This document shows, in pieces, positions 27,013 to 40,300 of a DNA stretch of 64,000 nt. The stretch spans positions 105,276,001 to 105,340,000 of the forward strand of contig OX597822.1 of assembly GCA_951406725.2 (NCBI GenBank), read 5' to 3'. The stretch is from Octopus vulgaris (taxonomy: Eukaryota). The notes beneath the pieces were generated by a model that saw nothing but the letters and a program-made list of their open reading frames with translations, had not been told where the DNA came from and searched no databases. Position numbers and translations under genes: made by a program. Numbering within the stretch: the first letter of the stretch is position 1; each line of letters starts with the position of its first letter.

Positions 27013-27440
27013 TACACATTAGCGAATCGCTAAATCATTCAAATATTTCGATGAAGAAAATATAGATACTAATGGCGAAGCGAGTCAGGAAAAAGTCGAG
27101 CAATCGAGTGGTCTTAACTGATGAAGCGACGGAAATTGCCGAAATTGACGCGTCTGTATTAAGAATTCTCGATCTGCAATTTTCGGACGATTAGTGTATA
27201 TATTTTCATTCATGTGTGTTAACTACAGCATTAAGGTGGTTTAACTCTTATTTCTAGCAATGTCGCTGTTTCCTAATACCCTAGTCACATTTAGTGACAT
27301 TTGTAATTCTCCATTTTGGTGAAACATTGCAAACTGCTGTTCATATTAATTTTATATATATACACATTAGTGAATCGCTAAATCATCCAATTATTTGGAT
27401 GACGGAAATATAAATACTAATGGCGGAAAGAGCTGGACAA
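27013..27440 (+). mobile_element. Retrozyme-like unit: 348-bp monomer plus a partial second copy, containing a type I hammerhead
   Basis: tacacattag(c/t)gaatcgctaaatcat...tactaatggcg occurs at 27013 and again at 27361 (period 348); the HHR lies inside the first unit. Confidence 0.65.
27100..27177 (+). ncRNA. Type I hammerhead ribozyme
   Basis: Stem I TCTTAA (27112-17) / TTAAGA (27159-64), extended by ATCGAG/CTCGAT beyond an internal loop. Core CTGATGA (27118-24); stem II GCGA/TTGC; GAAA (27141-44); palindromic stem III GACGCGTC; GTA cleavage triplet (27156-58). Confidence 0.82.
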
Positions 27441-27670
27441 TAAATTTGGTATATATAACGTGTATTTATTTAACGATACATGAGTGTATATGCATATACA
27501 AAAGTACAGGTGAGGATATAAACCTCGCAGTGGTATAAATATCCAAGCTTATACTGGTTGAATCTATAACAATATAGGCACATACATACATATTATCAAT
27601 ATTATTAAAAACCAAGGAGAGGATGGAGATAACGTTAATAAAAGTTTATTAATACATTGACAAGACCAGA

Positions 27671-28030
27671 CCTACAATTGTTTCAGTTCACGACTTGCAG
27701 CATAAAATTAAGCGAATTTAATTTAATTTAACTTGTGTCTGGGGGGAGTCATTCTCTTTTAGTGCCTTGTAATTTAACATACTCACTAACTCAGTAACGG
27801 ACAGAGTCAAAACTATTGAAATGTTTGCAAGGCGCAACGAAAATTTTAGAAAAATTGGAAATTTTACCGGTGCTGGTGTTAAATTATAAGGTACCAAAAG
27901 AGAATGACTCTCCCCAAACACAACAGAATATGCTTCAATACAGGAACTCACATAAAGAATCTTGCAAACCAAATCCAAAAACGAAATAAATCAATTTAGT
28001 TAATTACTGCAAGTGAGAATATCTTCAGGG
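27671..28030 (-). ncRNA. Putative hammerhead ribozyme with a very long (about 335 nt) stem II
   Basis: Minus strand: cc-CTGAAGA (28028-28022)-tattctcACTTGCAG...CTGCAAGTcgtgaact-GAAA (27684-27681)-CAATT-GTA-gg. Nested inverted repeat at 27732-27779 / 27877-27923. Confidence 0.5.
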
Positions 28031-28349
28031 AAGGACGTATAAAGAAATTTAACATATTTGAAACATAATGAAAAAATTAAAAAGGAAGAATACAGTGTAC
28101 CATTAAAGTTTTAAATATATACATTAATAAAAATAGATACAGTATTAAAAAAATAACCTTATTCATAACTTAATATAAATAATAATAATAATGATAATGC
28201 AGACGTACGCATGCAAAAATAGAGCGGATTAAATTATGGGAGTAGAGAAGGGAAATAATTGGGTATTCCATATAAACATATATACATATATGCACATGTA
28301 CTCACATACTCACACACATGCGCACGCACAAACACACACACACATATAT

Positions 28350-28399
<50 letters not shown>

Positions 28400-28422
28400 A
28401 TATATATACATGCATACATATA

Positions 28423-28460
<38 letters not shown>

Positions 28461-28917
28461 TACATATATATATGTATATATACATACATATACGTATACA
28501 CACATACACAGATACGAGGCTAAACATAGTTAGTTTACTAAATTGATTAAACTAATTAAAATTATCAGTTAATAGGAATATGAAGGGAGAATATATTTAG
28601 ATTTAAGTCATGATATGATTTGAGGGGATAATAGAAAATAGAAGAAATTGTGCTCAAATGAGCTTCCATAGATGGGTCCAGATACAAGAAAAGAGAAATA
28701 CTAGACACAGGGGAATGTAGGTAAACATACCAAAAATATATAGTAAATTATTAAGCGATGTTCAGAATAAATAAAGATAAGATTGAAGATAAGTATTGAA
28801 TGAAACAATTATTATATGTACCATTTAAATGTTAATTATAGAAATCTATATATATTCATATATACTAATTATCCTGAAAATACATGCACACACCTATATT
28901 AGTATATATATAAAGCA

Positions 28918-29149
28918 GGCGGCGAGCTGGCAGAAACGTTAGCACGCCGGGCGAAATGCGTGGCCGTATTTCGTCTGTCGTTACGTTCTGAGTTCAAATT
29001 CCGCCAAGGTCGACTTTGCCATTCATTCTTTCGGGGTCGATAAATAAAGTACCAGTTTCTCATTGGGGGTCGATGTAATCGACTTAATCCCTTCGTCTGT
29101 CCTTGTTTGTCCCCTCTATGTTTAGCCCCTTGTGGGTAGTAAAGAAATA
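28918..29149 (+). mobile_element. SINE family A, full-length
   Basis: ggcggcgagctggcagaaacgttagcacgccggg...gttcaaattcc (B box)...ccccttgtgggtagtaaagaaata. Confidence 0.92.
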
Positions 29150-29543
29150 TATATTTGTATATATAAATGATATATATGTTCACATGTACAGACGCTCACA
29201 TATATAAACTTATATGCACATAAATGCACATGAATGCACTTATGCACAAACACATACCTACACTTATACCGACCATAGATGAAGAAAAAAACAAAGTGAA
29301 AAAATTAAAACGATCATAAATTAAGTTATTTAATCTATTTTTTTTTTACATATCACTACTATTAATATTTTTGCATGAGAATAACAATATAGAGTATGAT
29401 ATTATATCTCATATACATAATAGTATATTATAGTATCTACTATAATAGTATATATCAAATGAGATATACTATTCCAAAACACTATATATATATTATATAT
29501 ATGCATATATACGTATATAAAAATATATCTACACGCATTCATT

Positions 29544-29584
<41 letters not shown>

Positions 29585-29661
29585 GTTCATATACACATAG
29601 AAACTTACATATATACATACGTTCATATATACGTTCATACATACATACATACATACATACA

Positions 29662-29692
<31 letters not shown>

Positions 29693-29941
29693 GTACATAC
29701 ATACATACGTTCATACATACATACATACATACGTACATACATACATACGTTCATACATACGTACAAACATACATACATGCATAATGGTTGCAACTCGATT
29801 TTAAGTAATGCTATGGTTTGCTTGTTCTCCTAAACATGGTTTTAGCTTTTTTTCCTTCTCTGCTCTTAGTTTTCTGCAATCTTTTGCAGTAGGTGTTCAG
29901 AGATCTTACCACCCATGCTAACACATGCTTTCATTCCATTA

Positions 29942-30350
29942 CTCTTTACTCTCTTTTACTTGTTTCAGTCATTTGACTGCGGCCATGCTGGAGCACTGCT
30001 TTTAGTCGAGCAACTCGACCCCGGGACTTATTCTTTTGTAAGCCCAGTACTTATTCTATCGGTCTCTTTTGCCGAACCGCTAAGTAACGGGGGCGTAAAC
30101 ACACCAGCATCGGTTGTCAAGCAATGCTAGGGTGACAAACACAGACACACAAACACACACACACGCATATATATATATACATATAGACGACGGGCTTCTT
30201 TCAGTTTCCGTCTACCAAATCCACTCACAAGACTTTGGTCGGCCCGAGGCTAGAGTAGAAGACACTTGCCCAAGGTGCCACGCAGTGGGACTGAACCCGG
30301 AACCATGTGGTTGGTAAACAAGCTACTTACCACACAGCCACTCCTGCGCC
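29942..30350 (-). mobile_element. SINE family C, full-length
   Basis: Near-identical to 13960-14373. Confidence 0.92.
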
Positions 30351-31082
30351 TCACCATTATGGAAAATTATTTGAGTATTTTGCCTTTCTTAAGTATGGCC
30401 TGCCATAATAACACATACTAAAGATGTGAATAATCTTGAGACATTTGCACATAAAGCTTCCTATAGCGAGGAAAAGCCTTGCACAGAACAATCCTACTCT
30501 ATAAGTAACGTATTCATTTACTTTCAAGGAAGCCCTAGTCAAGGTCATTGTATGTAAACGAAGTTACAGCTCGTTTCCCTTCTCAAAGAGAGATGTCAAA
30601 GCAAACACTGGAGGTCTCTCCTTGTCAGCTCTTTGATAGCTATAGACGCAACCCTTTGACGTGTCCGACGTACACAGTATTTAGAACAAACATGAATAAT
30701 TAAAACTTTTCCTAATAGCTATCTACAACTTCATCGAGTTTATGTATAATAAACACATACGTGCATGCATATACACACGCTCTCCTATATTGAAACACAT
30801 GCATTGCGATATCGAGATGTAATTGTAACGTGAAGGATACACACTTAGGAAATGAACATGTCAGTATATGTGAACACGTAGACCCTTTTTTATGGTGAGG
30901 TTGCAGAATTGGTAGCACGCCAAGTAAAATGCATACGGCACTTCGTCCGTCTTAAAGGTTCTTTCATTCTTTGCTTTCAATCTTTTGAAGTCGATAAAAT
31001 ACGTACCAGCTGAGCTTTTGGGTTGATGCAATCGACTTAACTTCAGCCCCCAAATTGCAGGCCTTGTGCCTATAACAGAAAG

Positions 31083-31124
<42 letters not shown>

Positions 31125-31263
31125 GGTGGTGGTGGTGGTGGTGGTGGTGGTAGTAGTAGTAGTAATAGTAGTAGTTTGGCTAAATCTTACACAACAATTA
31201 CTAGTTTTAGTGAACGAAGTGCCTTTCTGGGTCTGGGAAGTATTCCTGCGCCTACTTAACTCC

Positions 31264-31296
<33 letters not shown>

Positions 31297-31339
31297 AAAT
31301 ACATACATACATACATACATACATACATACATACATACA

Positions 31340-31372
<33 letters not shown>

Positions 31373-32319
31373 GTGTGTGTGTATACATATGTATATATAT
31401 ATATATTATCATGTCTTTTCCGACATTTATTTGGTTCTTAAAAATATTTCCCAAGTTGCATTAGCCGAATACTCCAATCAACACAAATTTCATGTTCATG
31501 CTATTTTCTTCTTCATTTTTCCCTTTTTTTTTTTTTTTTTGTATTATTCTAGAATTAGGAACACGAAAACCTAGTGATATAAACAAACTCATTCACTCAC
31601 GTAGGGAATAGTTGCTGATTTCTTTCGCATAGCTGGAAGACAGCACTCATCAACTGTAATTTCTTTTACTTATCAAATAGCTGTTTGGTTTCTCCTCGGT
31701 GTTACATAAAAAAGAAATATAAATGACGAGAGAAAAGAAATTGAGTAATAAATTCGGTAAATTACAAATAAAAAGCTATAGCAATCGTAGAAATTCCTGG
31801 TATACATATATTTATTAGATTTCGCACCAATCGTTAATGTAAAAAGAATTACAATACTAAGAGAAATGTTTAAATAAAGCTTTCACGAAAATACAAGCAA
31901 GAGTTTTGTTAATTATAAAATTAGATTTTTTTTTCTGTTTTGTTTTCTTCTTTGTGGAATGTAAATGAATCCGATGCCATGATAATTTGTTTCTGTTTTT
32001 CCTTTTTAAACTTTATATATGCTTAAATCCTTCGTACTACACTAATCTCGCAAACTTTAGCAACGAGAATATGATATCTCACTTGTGATCCATATTTTAC
32101 AACTACTAGAAGGCAACGTCTTCAAATTAAGTCAAGAGGTCAAGTATTCTGATGGGAGAGGAGAGTGGTTTATGCAGTCCCCCACCCCCAGTAGTTGAGT
32201 TCTTATCCGCAGAGGCAGGAATAAAAGACAAAGATGAAGTTAATGGAATTTCAACTGAAAATGTGAAAAAAAGTCAGAACAAATACCGCAAAACATTTTA
32301 CCGGCCTTCTTACGATTCT

Positions 32320-33180
32320 TATTTCTTTATTGCCCACAAGGGGCTAAACTTTGAGGGAACACACAAGGAGAGACAAAGGGATTAAGTCGATTGCATCGAC
32401 CCCAGTGCGTAACTGGTATTTATTTAGTCGACCCTGAAAGGATAAACGGCGAAATCGACCTCGGCAGAATTTGAACTCAGAACGTAGCGGCAGACGAAAT
32501 ACCTATTTCTTTACTACCCACAAGGGGCCAAACACAGAGGGGACAAACAAGGACAGACACACGGATTAAGTCGATTATATCGACCCTAGTGTGTAACTGG
32601 TACTTAGTTTATCGACCCCGAAAGGATGAAAGGCAAAGTCGACCTCGGCGGAATTTGAACTAAAAACGTAACGGCAGACGAAATACGGCTACGCATTTCG
32701 CCCGACATGCTAACGGTTCTGCCAGCTCTCTGCCTTTTTAGAACAATATTTATGGATCTTAACTTAGTATAAGGCCAGCAAATACAAGAGAATGGGATTA
32801 GTCGATTCGACCTCAATAATTGACAAGTATTTTATTCTATCAACGTCTGAAAAGATAAAAAAAGAAAGTTTTCCTCGACGAATTTTGAACAGATACCACA
32901 AAGCATGTTTTCCTGGAGTTCTAGCGATTCTGCCAGCTCACCTCGTTAACTATGGAAATATAATCTTTTCTACTCCAGAGACAAGGCCTGAAAATTTTGG
33001 TTCAGAGGGTTAATCGATTATATCGACTCCTGTACTTAACTGGTAGTTTATTTTATCGATCAAGAAAGGAAGAAAGGCAAACTCGACCTCAGCGGCGTTT
33101 GAACTCTGAACATAAAAACGAACGAAATGCCTCAAAGCTATTTCTGCGGCTTGCTAACGATTCTGCCAGCTCACTGCCTT
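32320..33180 (-). mobile_element. Cluster of SINE family A copies (tandem dimer 32320-32735 plus degraded copies)
   Basis: Repeated tatttctttat/ctacccacaagggg...gacctcggcggaatttgaactc units. Confidence 0.88.
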
Positions 33181-33289
33181 ATAACTGGCGAAATATAATA
33201 AAAGCAACACCTACGTTGCAGTAATACATGTTTAATGTGCTTAAGTCCAAATTCTTCTGCCTTCACTTCGGAGCTGATAACCTAAGTTT

Positions 33290-33338
<49 letters not shown>

Positions 33339-33932
33339 TACACTCACACACACAGCGTATGGCAGTGTCCCAATATAGGAAAGAATAGTTATTGGTGTTG
33401 AAACTTAATATTTCCGTGAAACAGTTATTTAACACTGCAGAGAGTTACCAATAATGATATTTTAATAAGCAGCGAGATATTTTAGAAATATTCAGAGAAG
33501 CAGGACAGATGAAAATGTGTAAAATATATTGGGTAATATTGAATGCCTTCTAAGCTTCCATCATTGAACAATTTCCTCGGAACAGCCATTTTGTAGAAAG
33601 AACAATAGACAGCTATGTTTATATGTTGAAAATGAAAGTCAAAGGTTGTTACCTCGGCAAATAACAGGCATATATCAAACTTCTGGTTTATCCTCAAGAC
33701 AACCAATAGTAAATAGAGAAACATAATATTTGGAAATATACGTGCTGCATCTGCTACATTGTTTGTTCAAAATTATGTGTGGATACGTGTGTGTGTGTGT
33801 ATGTTTGTATACGTAATAATAAATATATACATAAATATACCTACACACACACATATAATGCATACGTATGTATCATTTATATATGTATGTATCTGTGTAT
33901 GCTATATATATATATATATATATATACGTGTG

Positions 33933-33981
<49 letters not shown>

Positions 33982-34070
33982 CAATTATGTAAATGTGTGT
34001 ATAAAATATATATCTATTATATATTTCTGTATTATATATATATGAGTGTTGTGTTTGTATTGTGTATACT

Positions 34071-34119
<49 letters not shown>

Positions 34120-34303
34120 TTGCATTGTGTATACATATGTGTATATATATGTATGTATGTATTATATATACATATGTGTATGCATTTTATGTATGTATTA
34201 GATGTGTGTATATATATATATACACACATATGCTTATCTATATATATATTGTTAACAAGGCAAAAATACACTCATCTATATATATATATATATATATATA
34301 TGT

Positions 34304-34363
<60 letters not shown>

Positions 34364-34734
34364 ATATTGCATACGAATATACGTATTGTTTTTCCTTGTT
34401 AATAGAGACAAAGATAACAGGTCAAAGGAGGAGAGATAACAACAGATCGATAAGTAGTTTTGCCTCGTCTATATTAAACGCATCATAGACTAACTTTAGA
34501 ATAACTGTTATTCTCTAACAATTCTTATTGAATTAAGCAGTTCGTGCGAAGCCTAAATGGTGTAGGCAGGGGATCGAATTTCACCTTAGATCCAGTGCTA
34601 CGTTCGATATGCGCCTCCTTCTGCATTCCGTTCAATGTTCGATCTGAAATGAGATTAATTTCTTTCCCTACATATGTGCTCCGTATTCGTTTGTGTTTTT
34701 CTCTGTATTACCAAGTATTGTAGGTATACATATA

Positions 34735-34991
34735 ATAATAAATGCGCCCCTTTTAAAGCGTAGCCAGGCCCATGGGCCCTGTTTCCCTGTTTCCATGGCA
34801 TATGTATTCCCCAGCTGGATGGAACGCCAGTCCATCGCAGCGTTACACCTCTTTGCCAGCTGAGTGGACTGGAGCAACATGAAATGAAATGTTTTGCTCA
34901 AGAACACAACGCGTCGCCCGTTCCAGGAATCGAAACCACAATCTTACGATCATGATGCTGACACCCTAACCACTAAGCCACGCGACTCCAC
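34735..34991 (-). mobile_element. tRNA-derived SINE family F with TSD
   Basis: Reverse complement of 36491-36745; flanked by the direct repeat AGGTATACATATA. Confidence 0.9.
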
Positions 34992-36241
34992 AGGTATACA
35001 TATACATAGATAAAATAAACTATGTTACTTAGTATACGGATGTTCAGTTCTGTTGTTAGTGTTATGTGTCTCGCGTTTAAAACTGTTCATTTTCCATGCA
35101 GCCCATAATTTACTTTGTATGTGAGTGTGCATGTGTGTGTATGTGTGTGTTGTGTGTGCATGTGTGTTGCGCGTGTGCGAGTGTGTGCAATGGATTGGTC
35201 AAATGAATTGCGCGCTCAGGGAATTTGCGAGTAAGTAACTGAGTGTCCTAGAGATACATAAGCGTAAACTTACAAATCACAGCAGCTGTACAAAGCACCA
35301 ATGTCTTGCAAAGCTATGGAGGAATCCCCAAGTTGATCCTTCTATCTTACTGAAATAGCAACCCTATCTCGCTCTAAATAAGGAAAGATAACAATATCTA
35401 AAAAGACCTAAGTGCCACAACAATTATTCCTTTGACCCTTATTCTGGCTGATGTGGGTTGACCTAGGGTTAAATAATATTAGTCTGTTGTGGATAAACTA
35501 ATTCAGTTAAACTTCGCTGAGCTGAGATCTTGTAGCGACTCTAAAAGCATTGACTAATGGTTTGAAGTACTGAGACATCCATCAGTTTCGAATATTAGTT
35601 AACATTAGTTCACAATATTTATAGTATGAATAACTTTGATTAATATACCTAGAAATGAAGGAATGGCAGTCTATGCTACATCCGGCATCCTTTAATATAT
35701 ATATCCGGGAGGTTTGAACGATCTTTATTTCCATTGCAAGGAAGGTAAAGGAATTATATCTGTCAGTTACTTTCCCTTCTAGAAATCAGCTTCATATTAT
35801 AATCCAGTATTAATAAAGTATATTCCTAATATTGTTTAATTAGTTTAATTCACGATATCTAAGTTGTATTATAAATTTATAATCTGCAATTCTTTGCTGC
35901 ATTCGTTTGACATGTGCGAATTTTATTAATATTTATGTTTTATTATCTTAATTACAACGGAGTTTAAGTAATAACCGTATATACATAAACAGTATTCGAT
36001 GTACAGTCAAATTGAGAGCCTAGACACCATTGATGAGCGAACCTGTGACACGGGTGTCAGCGCTAACATGCCCCAACTTTTTAGATGACATCTGACAAAA
36101 TGAGAAAAGAAAAAAATCGGCCTACAATATCCTGTTATACATAAAAGGCTTATGTAAAGTCGAATGCCAAAGTCAAAATACAGGTTTATACAGAAGTGAC
36201 ACTCCTGTAACAAGCATTTTACATAAAATGACATTTCGACT

Positions 36242-36748
36242 GTGGAGGCGCGTGGCTTAGTGGTTAGGGTGTCAGCATCATGATCGTAAGATTGTGGTTT
36301 CGATTCCTGGACCGGGTGATGTTTTGTGTTCTTGAGCAAAACACTTCATTTCACGTTGCTCCAGTCCACTCAGCTGGCAAAAATGAGTAACGCTGCGATG
36401 GACTGGCGTCCCGTCCAGCTGGGGAAGACATACGCCATTGAAACAAGGTCCAGGAGCCTGGCTAGTCTTTAAAAGAGCACATTTATTTTAGTGGAGGCAC
36501 ATGGCTTAGTGGTTAGGGTGTCAGCATCATGATTGTAACATTGTGGTTTCGATACCTGGACCGGGCGACGCGTTGTGTTCTTGAGCAAAACACTTCACTT
36601 CACGTTGCTCCAGTCCACTCAGCTGGCAAAAATGAGTGTACGCTGCGATGGACTGGCGTCTCGTCCAGCTGGGGAAGACATACGCCATTGAAACAGGGAA
36701 ACCGGGCCTATGAGTCTGACTAAGCTTTAAAAAGGGCGCATTTATTAT
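36242..36748 (+). mobile_element. Head-to-tail dimer of SINE family F
   Basis: Two copies of gtggaggc..tggcttagtggttagggtg (A box)...ggtttcgattcc (B box)...gttcttgagcaaaacactt...gcgatggactggcgtc, starting at 36242 and 36491. Confidence 0.9.
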
Positions 36749-37116
36749 TATTTTTAACATGTCGACTCACCGGGTGAAGCTGTTTGACATTACTGCACTA
36801 CACAGTCAATGGACTTGCTGAGAATTACAATCGCATAGCCATCAGACATAACCCTAACTTCTTAAGAAATCAAAGGACATTTGTATAAGTAGTACTGGAC
36901 ATTCCATAAAAACGAATGATGTATGGATATCATAAAGTGCATTCACAGGCATAGGTATGGCTTTATAGTTGAGATGTTCGCTTCCTAACCACAAGATTTC
37001 AGGCCCAGTTCCTCATCGTGGCACCTTGAGAATGTGCCTTCTTCTATAACCCCGAGCCGAGTAATGTCGTGTGAAGGAATTAGGTTGACGGAAACTGGGT
37101 GGAAGCTCGTCGTGCG

Positions 37117-37171
<55 letters not shown>

Positions 37172-37283
37172 GTGTGAGTTCTAGAGATACGTGAAAATAA
37201 ATATACGAATCACAGCAGCTTAGCAAACTACCGTTGTCTTCCCGAGCAATTAGGAGATCCTTAGGTTCATTCCCTTAACTTAC

Positions 37284-37681
37284 AGAAATAGCAACCACAA
37301 ACCAGTGAGTTGTATAATTCAGGTGTTATGTTCAGTTCTTCAGATAGGATAAGGTACCTGCGATTTATCAGCGGCAAGTCAAAGGTCACATATTTTTGCC
37401 CATTTAACAACAAATTATGTTCAATATAAACAGCCAAATGATAGCAAAAATGATAGATATCCATAAGGTACCCAAGGTAAAAAAGCAAACCGTAGATTCG
37501 AGGGTGTGCATGGACAATCAGAAAATACAGGAATTCCGATACAGAATACGTATAGTACATTTGCTTGCTTTGAGGAAAAGGTAAATCTAAACATGCCGGA
37601 TCGTCTAGTTCGTATATCAGACGTAGATGCAAAAGGTTATGTCTTCGAATGGTTCCCATTTTTCTCAAGAAGACAATATTT
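37284..37681 (-). CDS. Candidate orphan coding exon (unrecognised protein)
   Basis: 398 bp of non-repetitive sequence open in one frame (NIVFLRKMGTIRRHNLLHLRLIYELDDPACLDLPFP...LYNSLVCGCYF), bounded by a ttttAG acceptor and a GTAAGT donor. Confidence 0.3.
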
Positions 37682-37732
37682 CTAAAATAAATAAATGTAT
37701 AAGTAAAGAAATGAATAAACAATATCGTTTCA

Positions 37733-37963
37733 GGCGGCGAGCTGGCAGAAACGTTAGCACGCCGGGCGAAATGCGTAGCCGTATTTCGTCTGCCGTTATG
37801 TTCTGAGTTCAAATTCCGCCGAGGTCGACTTTGCCTTTCATCCTTTCTGGGTCGATAAATAAAGTACCAGTTTCGCACTGGGGTCTATGTAATCGACTTG
37901 ATCCCTTTGTCTGTCCTTGTTTGTTCCCTCTATGTTTAGCCCCTTGTGGGTAGTAAAGAAATA
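37733..37963 (+). mobile_element. SINE family A, full-length young copy with TSD
   Basis: Flanked by AATATCGTTTCA(GG) at 37721 and 37964; A-box-like tggcagaaacgttag and B-box-like gagttcaaattcc. Confidence 0.93.
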
Positions 37964-38614
37964 AATATCGTTTCAGGAATGTCAGGACTTTCTATAAAAC
38001 ATTCTAATATATTGTGTAAGAACAAAATTCTTCACCATATTGAGTGCTTAAATCTTACACCCTGACGGTACTTTACGATCGTCTATTTAGAATTGATAAA
38101 TGAGAAAAATCTATTATTTACAATTACCGTGTACTACCATTAAGGAAATGGAGCAAATATAATGTTATGGTAGTTTTCTTTGTCAGTGATGTTTGCTTGG
38201 TTGACCTCCTCGTCGATTTCCGTAATTGAGAGTAATGTTCTAGTTGCAGCACCATACTTATACTTACGTAAGTGTGTGTGTGTGTGTGTGTGTGTCTGAA
38301 AGTCTATATATGCATGTGCGTGTATGTATGTGTGTGTCTACGTATGTATGTATATATGTATGTATGTATGTATATATATATATGTATGTATATATGTATG
38401 TATGTATGTATGTGTATATGTATGTATGTATTTATGTATGTATGTGTATATATATATATGTAGGTATATATATGTATCTATATATATATATGTATGTATG
38501 TATGTATAAACATGTACATATATATATGTTAGTGATTAAAAACCTAATACAGTAGATATATATATGTATTTGTGTGTGCATGTGTGTGTCTATGTACATA
38601 TGTATATATGTATG

Positions 38615-38654
<40 letters not shown>

Positions 38655-39884
38655 TATACTTTTCTGCTTTTGCTTTTCTAATCACCTACGTGTACTATTT
38701 TCCTACCTATGCCTATCTCAAGTAGGAATTGAGCGAAATCTCAAGTATACACGAAAATAAAATAAAAATATATATATAAAGGATAATTAATTATTGAAAA
38801 AAATATTCATATATTGGATTTTGTGACAGCTTAGATTAAATAAACATTCTAAATTTTAATTTAAATGTGATATCCAGAAATATTTTTCACCCATCATGGT
38901 GATTAAACGGAAGAGCGATATTGAATTGAATCAGTGAAAAGAAACAAAAAATGTGAAAAGAAACAAATATAAAATACAAACTTATTTGGAAAAGTTGCCA
39001 ACTAGACCTGATAACCACTGAGTCTTTGAGATAGAGATAGAGGGGAGAGAAAGAGAGAGTAAGGGATAATAAATGAGATTGAAATCTACGTGAGATCGCT
39101 ACACTATCACCTCTAAACTGTAGGGAAAGAAACATGTCTTGCTGCAATAATTATGGGGTAAGGAATAATGAGATGGAATGGAATATACACAGCAGCGAGC
39201 GAAGACGAATTCTTTGCGAAGGAGATTAAGAAAAGGAAAGTAATAAATAAATACAAGTAAAAACAAATACTTATTTAGTGTTGGAGGAAGACAAATGCGA
39301 AAAAGAAAATGGAGCGCAATAAATCAAATGAGGTGAGTTGGTCGTTGAGAAAAACAAGAAAAGACAAAGAAAAGTAGGGAAAAATGAGAAAAGATTATAA
39401 AAGGATTAAATATTATCTTGCTCGGGGTGGCGTTGGGCAATGAATAAGTACCAAGACAAAATAACAAGTATCAATTAAGAAATGAACTCGGGGAAAATGA
39501 TTGATAAAGATAGATTATTTAATTGGTCAGTTGATGTCGTTTTTGGCATGGCTTCGTAAAAGAAGGGGCCCGAAAGTCTATTGGATAAGACATTGAGTAG
39601 TTTCTCTGCATGACGGAGAGTAGATGCTATCATTAGTTTAGTTGATATCGCAAAAACATTTCAGCCAAGAAATCATTGAATGTATGCAGCAGGTAAGTAA
39701 CTGGCAAGTGGGAAGTTTGAATCAACTACGTGATTTCTATCTTCCGTTAAATTTATTTCCGTTACTTCTATCAGGGATAAACAATTGGAAAGGCATGAAT
39801 GCCACTATCACGTTTTATTCCTTGAAATATTGGGATATTTTACAGAGTGCCGAGTCAAACAGAAAACAGTATATTTTATTCATC

Positions 39885-40300
39885 CTCTTTTACTAGTTTC
39901 TGTTATTGGACTGCGGTCATGCTGCGGCACCGCTTTTATATGTGGTGGAACAAATCTTTCCTAGTATTTATATTTTAAGCTTGGTATTTATTCTGTCGGT
40001 TTTCTTTTGGCAAACCGCTAAGTTATGGGGACGTATATGCAAGTTGTCAAGCGATGTGTGGGTGGATGGACAAACATAACACAAACAAATACATACACAT
40101 GTATATAATACTGCGGTCATGCTGCAGCATCGCTTTGATTAGTGGTGGAACAAATCATTCCTAGTATTTATATTTTAAGCCTGGTTATTTCTTCTGTCGG
40201 TTTTCTTTTGGCAAGCCGCTAAGTTATGGGGACGTATATGCAAGTTGTCAAGCGATGTGTAGGTGGGTAGACAAACAAACATAACACAAATACATACACA
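39885..40300 (-). repeat. Tandem duplication (about 180 bp) of a SINE C 3' half
   Basis: ctgcggtcatgctgc...gtggtggaacaaatc...gggacgtatatgcaagttgtcaagcgatgtg at about 39911 and about 40091. Confidence 0.88.

Noticed and set aside
36242-36315. tRNA-like A/B boxes (also at 15049, 37733 and 55600)
   Set aside because: These are SINE heads continuing into repeat bodies; no full cloverleaf or acceptor stem was identified.
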